From: Aulosira sp. ZfuVER01
Lineage (GTDB): Bacteria > Cyanobacteriota > Cyanobacteriia > Cyanobacteriales > Nostocaceae
Direction: 5' to 3'
Assembly (NCBI GenBank): GCA_034530615.2
Contig: JAVRCV020000023.1
Location: 1-64,000 of the forward strand
Length of the DNA stretch: 64,000 bases
Shown: positions 31,876-43,139 of the stretch, one piece after another
Position numbering within the stretch: the stretch's first letter is position 1
How the letters are laid out: every line of letters begins with the position of its first letter
Program-made: the position numbers and the translations under genes
Notes under the pieces: generated by a model
Database searches by the model: none
Seen by the model: the letters and a program-made list of their open reading frames with translations, nothing else
Told to the model about the DNA's origin: nothing

Positions 31876-32853
31876 ATGGTGCAAGACCAGATTTTGCTAA
31901 ATGATTGGCATGTAATAGCGCGATCGCAAGACCTCCAACCGGGAACAGTCCTGCACAAGCGCTTATTAGGCTCAGATATAGTGCTCTGGCATAATGGCGA
32001 CAAAGTCTTAGCTTGGCAAGACCTTTGCCCTCATCGTGGTGCTCGTCTTTCTCTAGGATATGTCAATCAACAGACCCTTGTTTGTCCTTACCACGGTTTA
32101 GCTTTTAACAGCGAAGGGAAATGTGTACGAATTCCGGCTAATCCAGAGCAATCGCCACCTGCACAAGCTTGTGTTAAAACTTACCAAGTTCAAGAGCGTT
32201 ACGATCTGCTTTGGGTTTGTTTAGGGACACCAAAACAAGACATAGCTCCGTTTTCTGAGTGGGACGATCCGGGCTATCGCAAGATTTTCTGTGGGCCCTA
32301 CCACTATCACTCTAGCCCTCTGCGAGCGCTGGAAAATTTCATCGATCCAGCACACTTCCCAATTATGCATTCGGGGTTATTTGCCCACGCCAGCCGTCCT
32401 GAGTTAATACACTATGAATTACAGTCTCTTAGTGATGGGATTAGTTTCAAATGTGGTTTGTGGGAACTAGATTTTAATTCGGGTAATCCTCAAGAAGCAC
32501 CACTGATTTTCAACACTTACGATTACCGCATCTTCCGTCCGCTCGTAGCATACTTTAAACTCGGGCCTGGAGATCGTCGTTTAAATGTCTTCTATACAAT
32601 TACACCAATCGATGAGGATGAGTGCGTGGCGCAATATTGGTTAATGGTAAATAACACCCGTGAAGTTCCAGTGGAAGTCTATTTAGATATTCAAAATCAA
32701 GTTGCTAGCCAAGATATTGCCATTGTCGAATCCCAGCAACCCCGACGCTTACCTTTGGATTTGCAAGCAGAAGTACATTTACCGAGCGATCGCTATTCTC
32801 TAGCCTACCGTAAGTGGCTCAAACAACAAGGTGTTACTTTCGGCACCATTTAG
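31876..32853 (+). CDS. Rieske non-heme iron oxygenase (VanA/demethylase-like alpha subunit)
   Basis: CPHRGA...CPYHG Rieske ligands; ENFIDPAHFPIMH mononuclear iron site; QDIAIVESQ. Confidence 0.9.
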   Translation: MVQDQILLNDWHVIARSQDLQPGTVLHKRLLGSDIVLWHNGDKVLAWQDLCPHRGARLSLGYVNQQTLVCPYHGLAFNSEGKCVRIPANPEQSPPAQACVKTYQVQERYDLLWVCLGTPKQDIAPFSEWDDPGYRKIFCGPYHYHSSPLRALENFIDPAHFPIMHSGLFAHASRPELIHYELQSLSDGISFKCGLWELDFNSGNPQEAPLIFNTYDYRIFRPLVAYFKLGPGDRRLNVFYTITPIDEDECVAQYWLMVNNTREVPVEVYLDIQNQVASQDIAIVESQQPRRLPLDLQAEVHLPSDRYSLAYRKWLKQQGVTFGTI

Positions 32854-32946
32854 AACTTCCAGGCGCAAAAGTTTTATTCTGACTTTTTGATTACTCATGC
32901 TAATTCCCAGTAAAGCCCTCATATCGCTATCTCTCAACAGCAGAGG

Positions 32947-33684
32947 TCAAAGTGGCTTTTGGGTAGGTACACCAACAGCACGAGGAAAATTAGCTGGCGT
33001 GGTTGCTACCTTACGCAAGTACAAGCAGTGACGAATACTTTCACTTAAAGGAGTGGTAAATTGTGCGATCGCTTCAATGACACCACCCAACTGGCTAACA
33101 GCATTTTCTAAAGCTGTGGTTTCCTCTTCAGTCCAATTACCACGATAAATTACCGCTAAACCACCTTGTTTAAGCAATGGTAGAGTATATTCTGCACAGG
33201 CGGAGGCTGAACCGACAGCACGAATTAAAGCAATATCATAACTTTGTCGATGCTGGCGTTGTTGACCAATTTCTTCGGCTCTACCAACGAGAGTTTTTGC
33301 ATTACTCAGAGCCAGTTCGCTCAAGATTTTTTCGAGAAAAGTAATTTTTTTGCGAGTTGAATCCAAAAGTGTAATTGTGCAATTAGGTGCAGCGATCGCC
33401 ACTGGAATTCCAGGAAAACCTGCACCTGTGCCGATATCGATCGCAGATGCACCCTCTTTTAATGAAGAAATAAATTCCTGCTGTGGTGCAATTCCCCACA
33501 GCGAATCCCACAGATGTTTTTCCCAAAACTCCTGCGGTTCAGTGATGCGAGTTAAATTTAACTGACGATTCCCTTCGAGAATTAATTCGTAAAGCTGCTG
33601 GAATTGTAATTGCTGTTGGGCTGAAGGTTGCCAATTGAGAGTTTCCTGCCAGATTTCTGCCATTTCAGGCAATTGATTTGTCAT
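32947..33684 (-). CDS. rsmG: 16S rRNA (guanine-527-N7)-methyltransferase
   Basis: NLTRI, KHLWDSL, DIGTGAGFPG, GRAEE, RAV, FPRAVGVP. Confidence 0.95.
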   Translation of the reverse strand: MTNQLPEMAEIWQETLNWQPSAQQQLQFQQLYELILEGNRQLNLTRITEPQEFWEKHLWDSLWGIAPQQEFISSLKEGASAIDIGTGAGFPGIPVAIAAPNCTITLLDSTRKKITFLEKILSELALSNAKTLVGRAEEIGQQRQHRQSYDIALIRAVGSASACAEYTLPLLKQGGLAVIYRGNWTEEETTALENAVSQLGGVIEAIAQFTTPLSESIRHCLYLRKVATTPANFPRAVGVPTQKPL

Positions 33685-33742
33685 TAGTCATTAGTCATTG
33701 GTCATTTGTTATTGGGCATGGGGCATTGGGCATTGGGCATTG
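33680..33742. repeat. STRR heptamer repeats (TCATTAG, GGGCATT)
   Basis: Direct inspection; overlaps the rsmG start region. Confidence 0.85.
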
Positions 33743-33806
33743 GTAATTGTTACTCTCACCTTGTCTCCTTGTCCCCTCGCCCCCCTCGTCCCTCTCATCT
33801 TCCCGA

Positions 33807-34481
33807 TCAGGCCGCCGTTTGGGGTTCTTGAACTTTAGCCTTCAGGATTGCGGGGTCAACTGATTTTAGTTCACCGTGGTTGAGTGTCCAACAACTGTCT
33901 GCGATCGCTAACATATCTCCGGCATCGTGTGTTACTACTAACAATGTCCAATCTTTTTTTAGCTTTGCTAATAAATTTACCAACTGCCGACGCATTGACC
34001 AATCCAAGCCGGCTGTAGGTTCATCTAATAACAATAAATTTGGCTGGCGAATTAACTGCACCGCTAAAGCTAAACGTCGCTGTTGTCCACCACTCAATGC
34101 ATGGGGTTTTGCTGACAGTGATAAATGCTCTAATCCTACTTCACTGAGTGCCTGCCTAACTTGCTCTGACCTTAATTCTGGATGGCCTAAGCGCAATTCT
34201 TCTAAAATCGTACCGCCACAAAAATGTCGCTCTGGAAACTGAAATACTAAGCCAGCTAATTGTTGTAGTTGTTCAGCTAGAAGTTCCTGTTCGCGCCAGA
34301 AAACACCGCCAGAGGTGGGTTCGGCTAGTCCAGATAAAATTTCTAGTAAGGTACTTTTACCAGAACCACTCGGACCAATAATCAAACCTAGCTGTTGGGG
34401 TGCTAATTCCAAGTTAATTGCTTTGAGAATCGCTGTTGGGCAGGCTGTTGGATGATAAATCAGATTTCTGAGATAGAGCAT
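33807..34481 (-). CDS. ABC transporter ATP-binding protein (ECF/CbiO-like)
   Basis: GPSGSGKST, VFQFPE, LSGGQQRR, LLDEPTAGLD. Confidence 0.9.
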   Translation of the reverse strand: MLYLRNLIYHPTACPTAILKAINLELAPQQLGLIIGPSGSGKSTLLEILSGLAEPTSGGVFWREQELLAEQLQQLAGLVFQFPERHFCGGTILEELRLGHPELRSEQVRQALSEVGLEHLSLSAKPHALSGGQQRRLALAVQLIRQPNLLLLDEPTAGLDWSMRRQLVNLLAKLKKDWTLLVVTHDAGDMLAIADSCWTLNHGELKSVDPAILKAKVQEPQTAA

Positions 34482-34983
34482 TTGTTAAGATTACCAAAAA
34501 GTTGGCGAATAACTGATCAACTACGCTTAACTACACGAAGAGCAATTAGAAAATTCCAAAAACATTACATAGCTTATAACCTGCCTTGAAAAAGTTCTGA
34601 GTCCAAAGTCAAGGGTCAAAGGTCATTAGTTATTTCTCCCTCATCTCCCTTGTCTCCCTTGTCTCCCTTGTCCTCCCCTGCTCCCCTGCTTTTTTCATTG
34701 GGACTGACTGCCTTCCAACCCTAATCTAACAGTAAGAATCATCTATAGCAGTCCAATTTGATTCTTGAACTTACTCGTAAAGACAGGGAACAGGAAATTT
34801 GTTCCATGTTGGCAGACTTACCCCAAGCAGTGGCTACAACCAATGTGGGAACCTGTAACAATTACAAAAGTCGATCTCTGTAGACAATTCTGGCTAAAAC
34901 AGACGCTAGTTCGGATTAATCGTTTTTTTGCATTCTAAGTAACATAAACAACTATTTCAACCGCAATTATTCTGAGGGTCACA

Positions 34984-35916
34984 ATGACTAAATGGTTTTC
35001 GGCTCCTCACCCAAGTGTGTTTGCTAGAATCACAAGCCTTGCTCAAGCAACTTTCACCGCCGCGATCGCATTCAATTTGTCGCTCAATCCTGCGTTTGCT
35101 GGCGATCCATTTCGGACTAGCAACGCTCATGACATTGGTGATAAAACAGAAGCAGCTTTTAAAGCAGTTTTCCAAAAAGGGAATTATCCAGAGGCAGAAA
35201 ATTATATCCAACAAGCCCTATCTAGCGAGCCAAATGAACCTTTAGCCTATGCGATGAAGGCATCTTTAGCATATACAAATAAGGATTTAACCACACTAAA
35301 CACATACAGCACAAAAACCTTAGAAATTGGACAAAAGTTGATTGCTAGCGATCCCTTACGGGGTAATTTATACACAGCAGTCGGTAACTTTTTAGAGGGA
35401 GCAGTAATTATCACCCGTGAGGGTACAGGCGGTGCAGCACAAGCTTTAGGTAAGCTGCGTCAAGTCTATCAATATTTAGATAAAGCAGAAGCAATTTCTG
35501 CCAACGATCCAGAACTAAACCTGATTAAAGGTTATATGGATTTGCTTTTAGCGGTGAATCTGCCTTTTAGTAACCCAGATGAAGCAATTCAACGTCTAGA
35601 AAAAAGCGCTGCTCCCCAGTATCTAGTAGATCGGGGTATTGCCATAGCCTATCGCGATTTAAAAAATTACTCCCAAGCCTTGGATTATGCCAACCGTGCT
35701 TTAAAAGCAACATCTGATAACCCAGAAATATATTATCTCAAAGCCCAAATACTGCACGAACAAGGAAAAAGACAAAAAAGCCGACAAACAATCCAAGATG
35801 CGATCGCTCATTTTGACAAAGCCTTGAGCAAAAAATCCCAACTCCCAGCCGATTTAGTCAAACAAATTGAACACGAACGCAACAGCGCTAACAATAGCCT
35901 CAAAAATTTAGGTTAG
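34984..35916 (+). CDS. Exported TPR-repeat protein (Sll0314/Alr1548-like)
   Basis: Signal peptide ending AFA-GDPFR; DPLRGNLY.AVG.FLEGA; DPELNLIKGYMDL; TPR-like helices. Confidence 0.8.
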   Translation: MTKWFSAPHPSVFARITSLAQATFTAAIAFNLSLNPAFAGDPFRTSNAHDIGDKTEAAFKAVFQKGNYPEAENYIQQALSSEPNEPLAYAMKASLAYTNKDLTTLNTYSTKTLEIGQKLIASDPLRGNLYTAVGNFLEGAVIITREGTGGAAQALGKLRQVYQYLDKAEAISANDPELNLIKGYMDLLLAVNLPFSNPDEAIQRLEKSAAPQYLVDRGIAIAYRDLKNYSQALDYANRALKATSDNPEIYYLKAQILHEQGKRQKSRQTIQDAIAHFDKALSKKSQLPADLVKQIEHERNSANNSLKNLG

Positions 35917-35930
35917 TTATTTCTCCTCGT

Positions 35931-35980
35931 CTCCCCACACTCCCCACACTCCCCACACTCCCCACACTCCCCACACTCCC
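35931..35980. repeat. STRR nonamer repeat (CTCCCCACA)n
   Basis: Five tandem units. Confidence 0.9.
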
Positions 35981-36055
35981 TTGTCCGCCCTTACTCCCAA
36001 CCCCTATGCTGCTATGCTTGTTTTCAGAAAACAGTAACGGAGATATTTAACGGCA

Positions 36056-36508
36056 ATGCATATCCAGTTTCGTGAATTTAATCCTTTTGATGTCTGGATT
36101 TGGCTCAAGTTCAGCACGATTCCTTCTGGGCGTGAAAAGCAGTATGTAGAAGAAGTTTTCAATTCCTGGTTTTATTTAGGTAAATTAGGTGCATTTAACG
36201 CCGAAAATCTCCAGGTGCAGGAAACCGGGCTGGATCTTAGCTACATGAATTACGATCCCCAAGGTTATGACAAAAGCTTATTGGCGCTCATGCATAACAT
36301 GGGTGAATTTGAGTATGAAGGTGAATGGGCGCGTTGCTGGTTTGATTTGGGAACCAGTGATGCGATCGCTTTAGATATTTTAATTAACGCCATCACACAG
36401 CTTAGTGAAGAATATGTCACTGTTGAAGAATTGTATATCGGCGGTGAAAATGAAGATTGGCCTGTAGAAGATAGCGACAGTCGTTCGTACTCTATCTACG
36501 ATAATTAA
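36056..36508 (+). CDS. DUF3531 family protein
   Basis: FREFNPFDVWIWL, SWFYLGKLGAFNAENLQ, WARCWFDLGTSD. Confidence 0.8.
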   Translation: MHIQFREFNPFDVWIWLKFSTIPSGREKQYVEEVFNSWFYLGKLGAFNAENLQVQETGLDLSYMNYDPQGYDKSLLALMHNMGEFEYEGEWARCWFDLGTSDAIALDILINAITQLSEEYVTVEELYIGGENEDWPVEDSDSRSYSIYDN

Positions 36509-36525
36509 TTAGTTAAGTTACCAAA

Positions 36526-36957
36526 ATGAACAGATCAGGGGAAATAAGGGTTTTAGTCTTAGGACTGATTCGGGATGGCGAACGCATATTTGTTTCCGAA
36601 GGCTACGACCCTTTTCAGCAATCAATATTTTATCGCGCTCTGGGAGGTGGTGTTGAGTTTGGCGAACCTAGCATTTTAGCTTTAGAACGAGAATTCCAAG
36701 AAGAAATTCAAGCAGACTTAACTAATATTCGTTATCTAGGTTGTATTGAAAACCTGTTTACATTTAATGGTAGGCAAGGTCACGAAATTATTCAACTCTA
36801 CCAATGTGATTTTGCCGATCCCCAGTTTTATCAATTAGATAGCTTAATATTTTCCGAGTCAGAAAATCATAAACATCGGGCACTGTGGATTGATATTGAC
36901 AGATTTAAATCAGGAGAGTTAAGATTAGTGCCCGAAGAATTTTTCAATTATTTGTAA
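36526..36957 (+). CDS. NUDIX hydrolase
   Basis: GGGVEFGE..LALEREFQEEI Nudix box. Confidence 0.9.
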   Translation: MNRSGEIRVLVLGLIRDGERIFVSEGYDPFQQSIFYRALGGGVEFGEPSILALEREFQEEIQADLTNIRYLGCIENLFTFNGRQGHEIIQLYQCDFADPQFYQLDSLIFSESENHKHRALWIDIDRFKSGELRLVPEEFFNYL

Positions 36958-37976
36958 AATTACTATCGCACACCAACAAATATATATGTAATGTTAGGTT
37001 AGCACCAATTGCCGGGTATATTATTCTCATGTATCCAGCAACCAGAAATCATGCAGGTGTGTTGATAGTCTACCCTGAATATAAAGAGCGATCGTCAGTG
37101 CAAAAGCGGAATTTTATTTCAGACAACAATTGATATATTTTCAAAATGTGTTTGATGAGCAATTCAAAATTCTGCTTAGTACCAATTTGCTATGAAGATA
37201 AATATTATTAGCCTGTGGCAATCTGAGTATTCTAGCGCCTGATGCTCTGCAATTTCAATGCAGACTAGTGCATAGTCCTGGAAATAAATACTCAGTAGAA
37301 ATATGCTAAAAACTTCACTATCAACTTTTATCTTATTCTGCCTTGCGACACTATCTTAATTCCGTATATATACAACCTTTACCCCACCTTAAAGTAGTAT
37401 TGCTATCACCCAATCTGAAGACTTTATTTGAAGTATTATATGAGCTTATATCAGCTTGTACTCTGCAACAGTTTACTTGCTAGTTGTTTAGATAAATTTT
37501 GAATGAAGTTTTGTAACATAAATAACAATTTACTAGATATTCAGTGCCTTAAAATAAACAGACTTGACAGTATAACCTTAAGGAAATCTGGCGAAAGTAG
37601 GAGCCAAACAGCGTTTGTACCGATAAAAGTCCATCTCTTGTATATATACAATTCCATCTCAGGATACTGTGCATTTTCATAACTAGAGATTTAGACTTAA
37701 TATATAAGATTGGTATGTGGAATATAAGTAATTAGTAACTTTCAACGATACCATCTTTATAATTTCTTTGTTATTTTGTATTTAACTGGACAGTTCTCCA
37801 GGGTGTGGTGCGTTTAAATAACCATTAGTTGCACCATTTGCCCGCAACTATCTTGCAAATTAGCATTTTGTACTTGCCTGATTTATATTGCTAAGCACAA
37901 TATAAATTGCCTAGCTAGAAAGCCTAGCCTCAGTTCAAATTGCTAATTAGTCCATCTACAACAAAACACCTGACTT

Positions 37977-38342
37977 ATGAATATGATTAAAACCACAAAT
38001 CGACCTATTATTCTCTCTGCTTTTGTTAGCCCTGCCAGCGAAAACGACCAATTTAATAGTCATCCCCAATTTGCTAAACCTAAATTTGATTTACTGCAAC
38101 CACTACGCCAATGGCTCGATGAACTGGAAATCCAGAATCGTAAATTAGCGAAATTTATTGCTAAACTAATTCCGGCGCAGTGTCCCTTTGAGCGAGATGT
38201 GATGCTGTTTGGTCGCAAAATTGCCCACATCCCCCCCATGTGCAAGCTCAATCCACTTTACGATCAATTCGTTGGCTTGCGTTTTCGCGCTCTATGCTAT
38301 TTAGTAGATAAATGTGGAGAAGATATTCAGTCTTATTGCTAA
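37977..38342 (+). CDS. Stand-alone 'Mo-dependent nitrogenase C-terminal' domain protein (not a nitrogenase subunit)
   Basis: LLQPLRQWLD, IPAQCPFERD, HIPPMCKLNPLYDQFVGLRFRALCYL. Confidence 0.85.
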   Translation: MNMIKTTNRPIILSAFVSPASENDQFNSHPQFAKPKFDLLQPLRQWLDELEIQNRKLAKFIAKLIPAQCPFERDVMLFGRKIAHIPPMCKLNPLYDQFVGLRFRALCYLVDKCGEDIQSYC

Positions 38343-38361
38343 AACGTAGATAGATCGCGGC

Positions 38362-38634
38362 ATGGAAATTAAAATTGAGCATCAACCTAGCCAGGAACGC
38401 CTTAACCAGTTGGATGTAGAGAAATGGGGAATTTGGCAAAAAGAGGTTTCAAAATTTCCTTGGACTTATGATACTCAAGAAACTTGCTACTTTTTGGCAG
38501 GAGATGTTATTGTTACACCAGATGGTGGACAGCCAGTGCAAATGGGCAAAGGTGATTTAGTAATCTTTCCGGCTGGAATGTCCTGTATATGGGAAATTAT
38601 CAGCGATGTCAAAAAACATTATTACTTTGATTAG
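38362..38634 (+). CDS. Small cupin domain protein (DUF861/Cupin_3)
   Basis: WGIWQKEVSKFPWTY..ETCY..GDLVIFPAGMSC.W. Confidence 0.88.
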   Translation: MEIKIEHQPSQERLNQLDVEKWGIWQKEVSKFPWTYDTQETCYFLAGDVIVTPDGGQPVQMGKGDLVIFPAGMSCIWEIISDVKKHYYFD

Positions 38635-38699
38635 GCAATAAATCCAAGTGATAGCCGTTAACTCCTCACATTTATTTGCTAAATAAACATCTGATTACG

Positions 38700-39260
38700 T
38701 CAATTCTGATTTAAATTGTATGGGGGTTCGCAACGATTGTTATAAGATAAAGTAGCGGAATCTGTAAATTGCTTATATCCGTATCTCTCAAAACTCGTTG
38801 CAACTCCATCACCTAAACAATATTCGTAAGAGTACATGGTTTCATTTCCGCCAAATTTAGCAGACAGTTCCTTCCAGATTGGTGGTTGATACCCAAATAT
38901 ATAGTTATAAAACTTTGACGCTTCAGCTTTATCGTAATTGTAGCTGCCTGGATACGCAAAAAAATCTCCGTTGAAGTCTAAGCTGATGGATTTTGCTTGA
39001 TTATTCATAAAAGTAATAGAAAAATCACTTTTAGGAAACTGGGGAAATAGTCGTCGGAAGCTTTTGGGAGCGTAAGTATAGATAACTTGCTCACCGTTGG
39101 TTTTTTTGCTAGTGTAACGCCCAAAATGTTGTTCAATCGTTTCGGGTGTTTGATTCAAAATATAACGTCCAGCCCAAGCAGGAAGAGTGATAAAACTGTT
39201 GAGGAGCAGAAATCCCACAGTTAACCCGGTAAAAGTTTGGTAGAAATGGCACAATTTCAT
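38700..39260 (-). CDS. Exported hypothetical protein
   Basis: Signal peptide ending PAWA; open frame of ~186 aa; no recognised family. Confidence 0.7.
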   Translation of the reverse strand: MKLCHFYQTFTGLTVGFLLLNSFITLPAWAGRYILNQTPETIEQHFGRYTSKKTNGEQVIYTYAPKSFRRLFPQFPKSDFSITFMNNQAKSISLDFNGDFFAYPGSYNYDKAEASKFYNYIFGYQPPIWKELSAKFGGNETMYSYEYCLGDGVATSFERYGYKQFTDSATLSYNNRCEPPYNLNQN

Positions 39261-39386
39261 CGTCATTACCTCCACCTCCCAGCCAGGGAGTTCATAATCG
39301 TTTAATGGGAGGCTTATTATTCATGATGCTACTTAGTAGAAAAATGTTGCTTCCCACAGCAATTCTCATGAGGATATTGACGAGAA

Positions 39387-40133
39387 ATGTTACTACATTT
39401 GAGTACCTGGCCTGAAGTTGAAGCTTATCTACAGCAGTCTAGAGGTATTATTCTTCCTATTGGTTCCACAGAGCAACATGGCCCTACAGGGTTAATTGGT
39501 ACAGATGCAATTTGTGCAGAAGCGATCGCTCGTGGTGTAGGTGAAGCAAGCCAAGCGATGGTAGGGCCGACAATCAATGTGGGCATGGCACTACATCACA
39601 CCGCCTTTCCCGGTACTATAAGTCTGCGTCCCAGTACTTTAATTCAGTTAGTCCGAGATTATGTAACTTGTTTAAGTAAAGCAGGTTTTAGCAAGTTCTA
39701 CTTTATCAACGGACACGGTGGCAATATCGCTACCCTCAAAGCAGCTTTCTCTGAAACTTATGCGCACTTAGAAGATTTGCAAATTGCTAATGCCAACAGA
39801 GTGCAATGCCAAGTTGCTAATTGGTTTATGTGCAGTTCCGTATACAAACTCGCTAAAGAATTATATGGGGATCAGGAAGGCTCCCATGCCACACCTAGCG
39901 AAGTAGCTGTTACACAGTATGTCTATCCAGAGGCGATTAAGCAAGCACCTCTTTCACCTGAAGTAGAGAAAGGACACAGTATTTATAGTGCAGCTGACTT
40001 TCGCCTGCGTTACCCCGATGGACGCATGGGATCAAATCCTGCTTTGGCTACCCCAGAACACGGTAAGCAGTTTTACGATTCGGCGGTGAAGGAACTCAGC
40101 AACGGTTATTTAGAATTTTTAAACGCAGAATAG
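39387..40133 (+). CDS. Creatininase/amidohydrolase family protein
   Basis: PIGSTEQHG, GTD, FPGTISL, INGHGGN, HA..E. Confidence 0.92.
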   Translation: MLLHLSTWPEVEAYLQQSRGIILPIGSTEQHGPTGLIGTDAICAEAIARGVGEASQAMVGPTINVGMALHHTAFPGTISLRPSTLIQLVRDYVTCLSKAGFSKFYFINGHGGNIATLKAAFSETYAHLEDLQIANANRVQCQVANWFMCSSVYKLAKELYGDQEGSHATPSEVAVTQYVYPEAIKQAPLSPEVEKGHSIYSAADFRLRYPDGRMGSNPALATPEHGKQFYDSAVKELSNGYLEFLNAE

Positions 40134-40727
40134 CCGTTTCGCAAAAATATCTAAATGTTAGGGTGCGTTATGGCGGAAGCGATCGCGCACCACCAATAGC
40201 CGATGCTGACTTTACAAGCTTTCTCGTCCCTAGCGTCATGACAAAGATAGTTATTGGAGAATCAAAAGAATTGGTGATAAGATTGAAAAGCAGTAAGCCT
40301 GCCCATAAAGAGTAGTAGCTTTGATACTTTTTTAGGTAGGAAACTAGACTAAAATGCTTTAGACGGCTTGAAGAAAATTTATGAGAAGCTAGGGAAGAGT
40401 TAATTAGTAACTGACGTGATAACTCAAGATAGCTACCATAAACCGCAAGTCAAACTAAATTGACGAAAAGGGTATACTTATAGGAGTGTATTTTCTTTAG
40501 GGAAGCGCTTTTTCCAAAAAAGCTATTTTTGTTGACCGTTAACTAGCGTATTCATCATTCATATCACAAGAACTCAAATATAATAAAGCTCATGCCAATT
40601 ATCCGATAAGCGGTAATTTGCTTTTGTTATAGAAAAAAGATAATTTAGGTGTTAATCACAAGTTCAATTGTTTACCCAAGCGAGACTAATGTGGTGACTT
40701 TTACGGGAGGGTAAGGAGATTTGAGGG

Positions 40728-42452
40728 ATGCAAACTCAAAAGTTAATCCCTGTTGACAGCAGTTCAGAAAGCAAAACAGTGCCAGCGGAAGAGCCATCGA
40801 CAGACGAACTCCCAACCATTGAGTTCCCCTCACGAGGGAAACTCAAAGCTAGTTCCTGGCGCATACATCAAAAAATTGGTTATGGATATTTTGTAGCCAT
40901 TGGAATTGGTTTTTTTGGCTCACTCACTGGTTTGGTAATTGCGAACTATTACCGGGGAAGAGAAATTAAACAATTAAGTCAAGCTCATCAGCAAGGACAA
41001 TTACTGAGTAACTATAAAGATGCAGTCATCGGGGCACAATTATATAGCTCTAATTTAGTTTCAGTATTAGAAAATCCCAAACGGTTGCAAACTAAAAAAA
41101 ACGAATTTATCAAAAGTGTTGATAAGGCTAAACAATTAGAATCAGAAATTACTGATTTTATAGATAGAAATCCTAAAAGATTAGCAGCACACAGCACCAC
41201 TTTAGTAGCTTTATTGCAAGATTATACAACTAGCTTAGAGTCTTATGTAAAGCAAATAGAGTCTGTATTGCAGCAAATTGAAAATCAGCAAGTGCAGACA
41301 CAGAAAGTTGCTTCAACACGCGAGCAGTTACTAAAAATTATGCGTGGCGAAACAGCTATGCGATTGGAGCAGCTTTCAGAAACCCTGAGTAACATTTTAC
41401 AATATGCTGAATTTCAAGAACAGGAAAGAACTCAAGGTGTAGAGCAGGCAAAAGGAGTAGAGAGATTAATCGTCATCATGAGTATGCTGGTGTCTGTGGC
41501 GATCGCAGCCATTGTAGCTTGGCGTACTAGTCGGGCGATCGCAGAACCAGTTATCACCGTTACCCAAGTGGCTGAACAAGTAGCCAGAAAATCTAATTTT
41601 GATTTACGCGCACCTGTCACCACCGAAGATGAAATTGGCTTATTAGCTAAATCTCTAAATCGTCTAATTGAAAGGGTATCTGAACGGACTAAAGAACTAC
41701 AACAAGCGAAAGAATTAGCCGAAGCTGCTAGCAAAGCCAAAAGCATATTTCTTGCAAATGTCAGTCACGAATTACGCACACCTTTAAATGCAGTGATTGG
41801 CTTAAGTCAACTGCTACAAGATGATGCAACAGATTTAGGTTTATCGGGAGATTTTATCACCGACTTAGAAACAATTAACTCTGCTGGCAGACATTTACTA
41901 GAACTAATTAATGACATCCTCGACTTATCAAAAATTGAAGCGGGGAAAATGACTCTCTACCCAGAGACATTTGAGATTGCAACACTAATTAATAATGTTG
42001 TGCTCACAGTTAAATCGGCTGTAGAGAAAAACGGCAATATCTTAGAAGTAGATTGTGACGAACAACTGGGTACGATGTATGCCGATCAAACAAGGATGCG
42101 GCAAGTATTGTTAAACTTACTCAGCAATGCTGCCAAATTTACGACAAACGGCAAAGTAACGCTCACAGTTAAGAGCGAAAAAGGAGATTTATTACAGACA
42201 TCTCCTTTTGGGTTCATTACCTTCACTGTGAATGATACAGGAATTGGAATGTCACAAAGTCAGCAAAAGCAGTTATTTCAACCTTTTATCCAAGGAGATA
42301 CATCGACTACGAAGAAGTATGGTGGTACAGGTTTAGGGTTGGCAATTAGCCGCCACTTTTGCCAGATGATGGGTGGTGAAATTATTGTCAAAAGTCAGAT
42401 GGGAGTAGGTTCTACTTTTACGGTTCGCTTGCCATTGACTGTGCAAGAATAA
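40728..42452 (+). CDS. Membrane sensor histidine kinase (TM-periplasmic-TM-HAMP-HisKA-HATPase)
   Basis: [47 protein letters not shown]. Confidence 0.93.
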   Translation: MQTQKLIPVDSSSESKTVPAEEPSTDELPTIEFPSRGKLKASSWRIHQKIGYGYFVAIGIGFFGSLTGLVIANYYRGREIKQLSQAHQQGQLLSNYKDAVIGAQLYSSNLVSVLENPKRLQTKKNEFIKSVDKAKQLESEITDFIDRNPKRLAAHSTTLVALLQDYTTSLESYVKQIESVLQQIENQQVQTQKVASTREQLLKIMRGETAMRLEQLSETLSNILQYAEFQEQERTQGVEQAKGVERLIVIMSMLVSVAIAAIVAWRTSRAIAEPVITVTQVAEQVARKSNFDLRAPVTTEDEIGLLAKSLNRLIERVSERTKELQQAKELAEAASKAKSIFLANVSHELRTPLNAVIGLSQLLQDDATDLGLSGDFITDLETINSAGRHLLELINDILDLSKIEAGKMTLYPETFEIATLINNVVLTVKSAVEKNGNILEVDCDEQLGTMYADQTRMRQVLLNLLSNAAKFTTNGKVTLTVKSEKGDLLQTSPFGFITFTVNDTGIGMSQSQQKQLFQPFIQGDTSTTKKYGGTGLGLAISRHFCQMMGGEIIVKSQMGVGSTFTVRLPLTVQE

Positions 42453-42640
42453 GTTGCGAAACTCCACCGCGCTAGAATTTTGGGGCTAGACAAACAAAAG
42501 TTTTTGCTGTTTGCAAGATAGTTGAGAGCGATCGCATTATCAATCATGATGTTATAATTGCCTGGGATATGTTTTTGCATTTCCGATAATTCACAGGTTT
42601 GAGATAAAGACAAGATACTTTCATCTGTGAATCAATACCT

Positions 42641-42725
42641 GGAGAGGTGTCCGAGTGGTTGATGGTGACGCACTCGAAATGCGTTTTGGGGCAACCCAAC
42701 GGGGGTTCGAATCCCCCCCTCTCCG
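42641..42725 (+). tRNA. trnS: tRNA-Ser (anticodon CGA)
   Basis: Acceptor GGAGAGG/CCTCTCC; anticodon arm ACGCA-CTCGAAA-TGCGT; long variable arm TTGGG-GCAA-CCCAA; T arm GGGGG-TTCGAAT-CCCCC; CCA not encoded. Confidence 0.97.
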
Positions 42726-42727
42726 TT

Positions 42728-42853
42728 TCAAATGGTATTCATCAACTCCCGAAACCATTTATCCGCATAAACTGTATTGCGCTGTCTCAAACAAGAGTGA
42801 GCAGTATCAATTTCTGAATTTGCAGTCTGATTTACCCTAACTTGAAATGCCAT
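42728..42853 (-). pseudogene. Truncated RelE/ParE-family toxin (N-terminal 41 aa only)
   Basis: MAFQVRVNQTANSEIDTAHSCLRQRNTVYADKWFRELMNTI*; overlaps the antitoxin 3' end; stops 2 nt from the tRNA 3' end. Confidence 0.75.
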
Positions 42854-43127
42854 ACTTCTGCTGCATTTCTTGCTCAAATTTGGTTAGGGTAGTAGTTCTA
42901 CCCGCCTCTACATCTTCAAGTCCTTGCTTAATTGAGGCGATGGCTTCTAATCTTTCTAAGGTATCCAGCAGTTTTTGATAAGACTCTGCATCCTGAAGCA
43001 CAAGTTCAGCTTTACCATTAACTGTCAGCACTACGGGTTTTCCTGTCTGCTTCATCTATTGTAGGAATTCCAACGTATTGTGTTTAAAGCTAGAGAGTGA
43101 GTGAATGTCTCGACTAATGTTTAACAT
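42837..43127 (-). pseudogene. Phd/YefM-family antitoxin with internal stop codon
   Basis: MLNISRDIHSLSSFKHNTLEFLQ*MKQTGKPVVLTVNGKAELV...; in-frame TAG at 43058-43056. Confidence 0.85.
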
Positions 43128-43139
43128 AGAGTTGATTCT

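Noticed and set aside
37977..38342. Nitrogen-fixation gene
   Set aside because: The domain name is misleading; there are no nifHDK motifs or nif context.
42655..42840. 61-aa plus-strand ORF
   Set aside because: Overlaps tRNA-Ser and is antisense to the toxin remnant.
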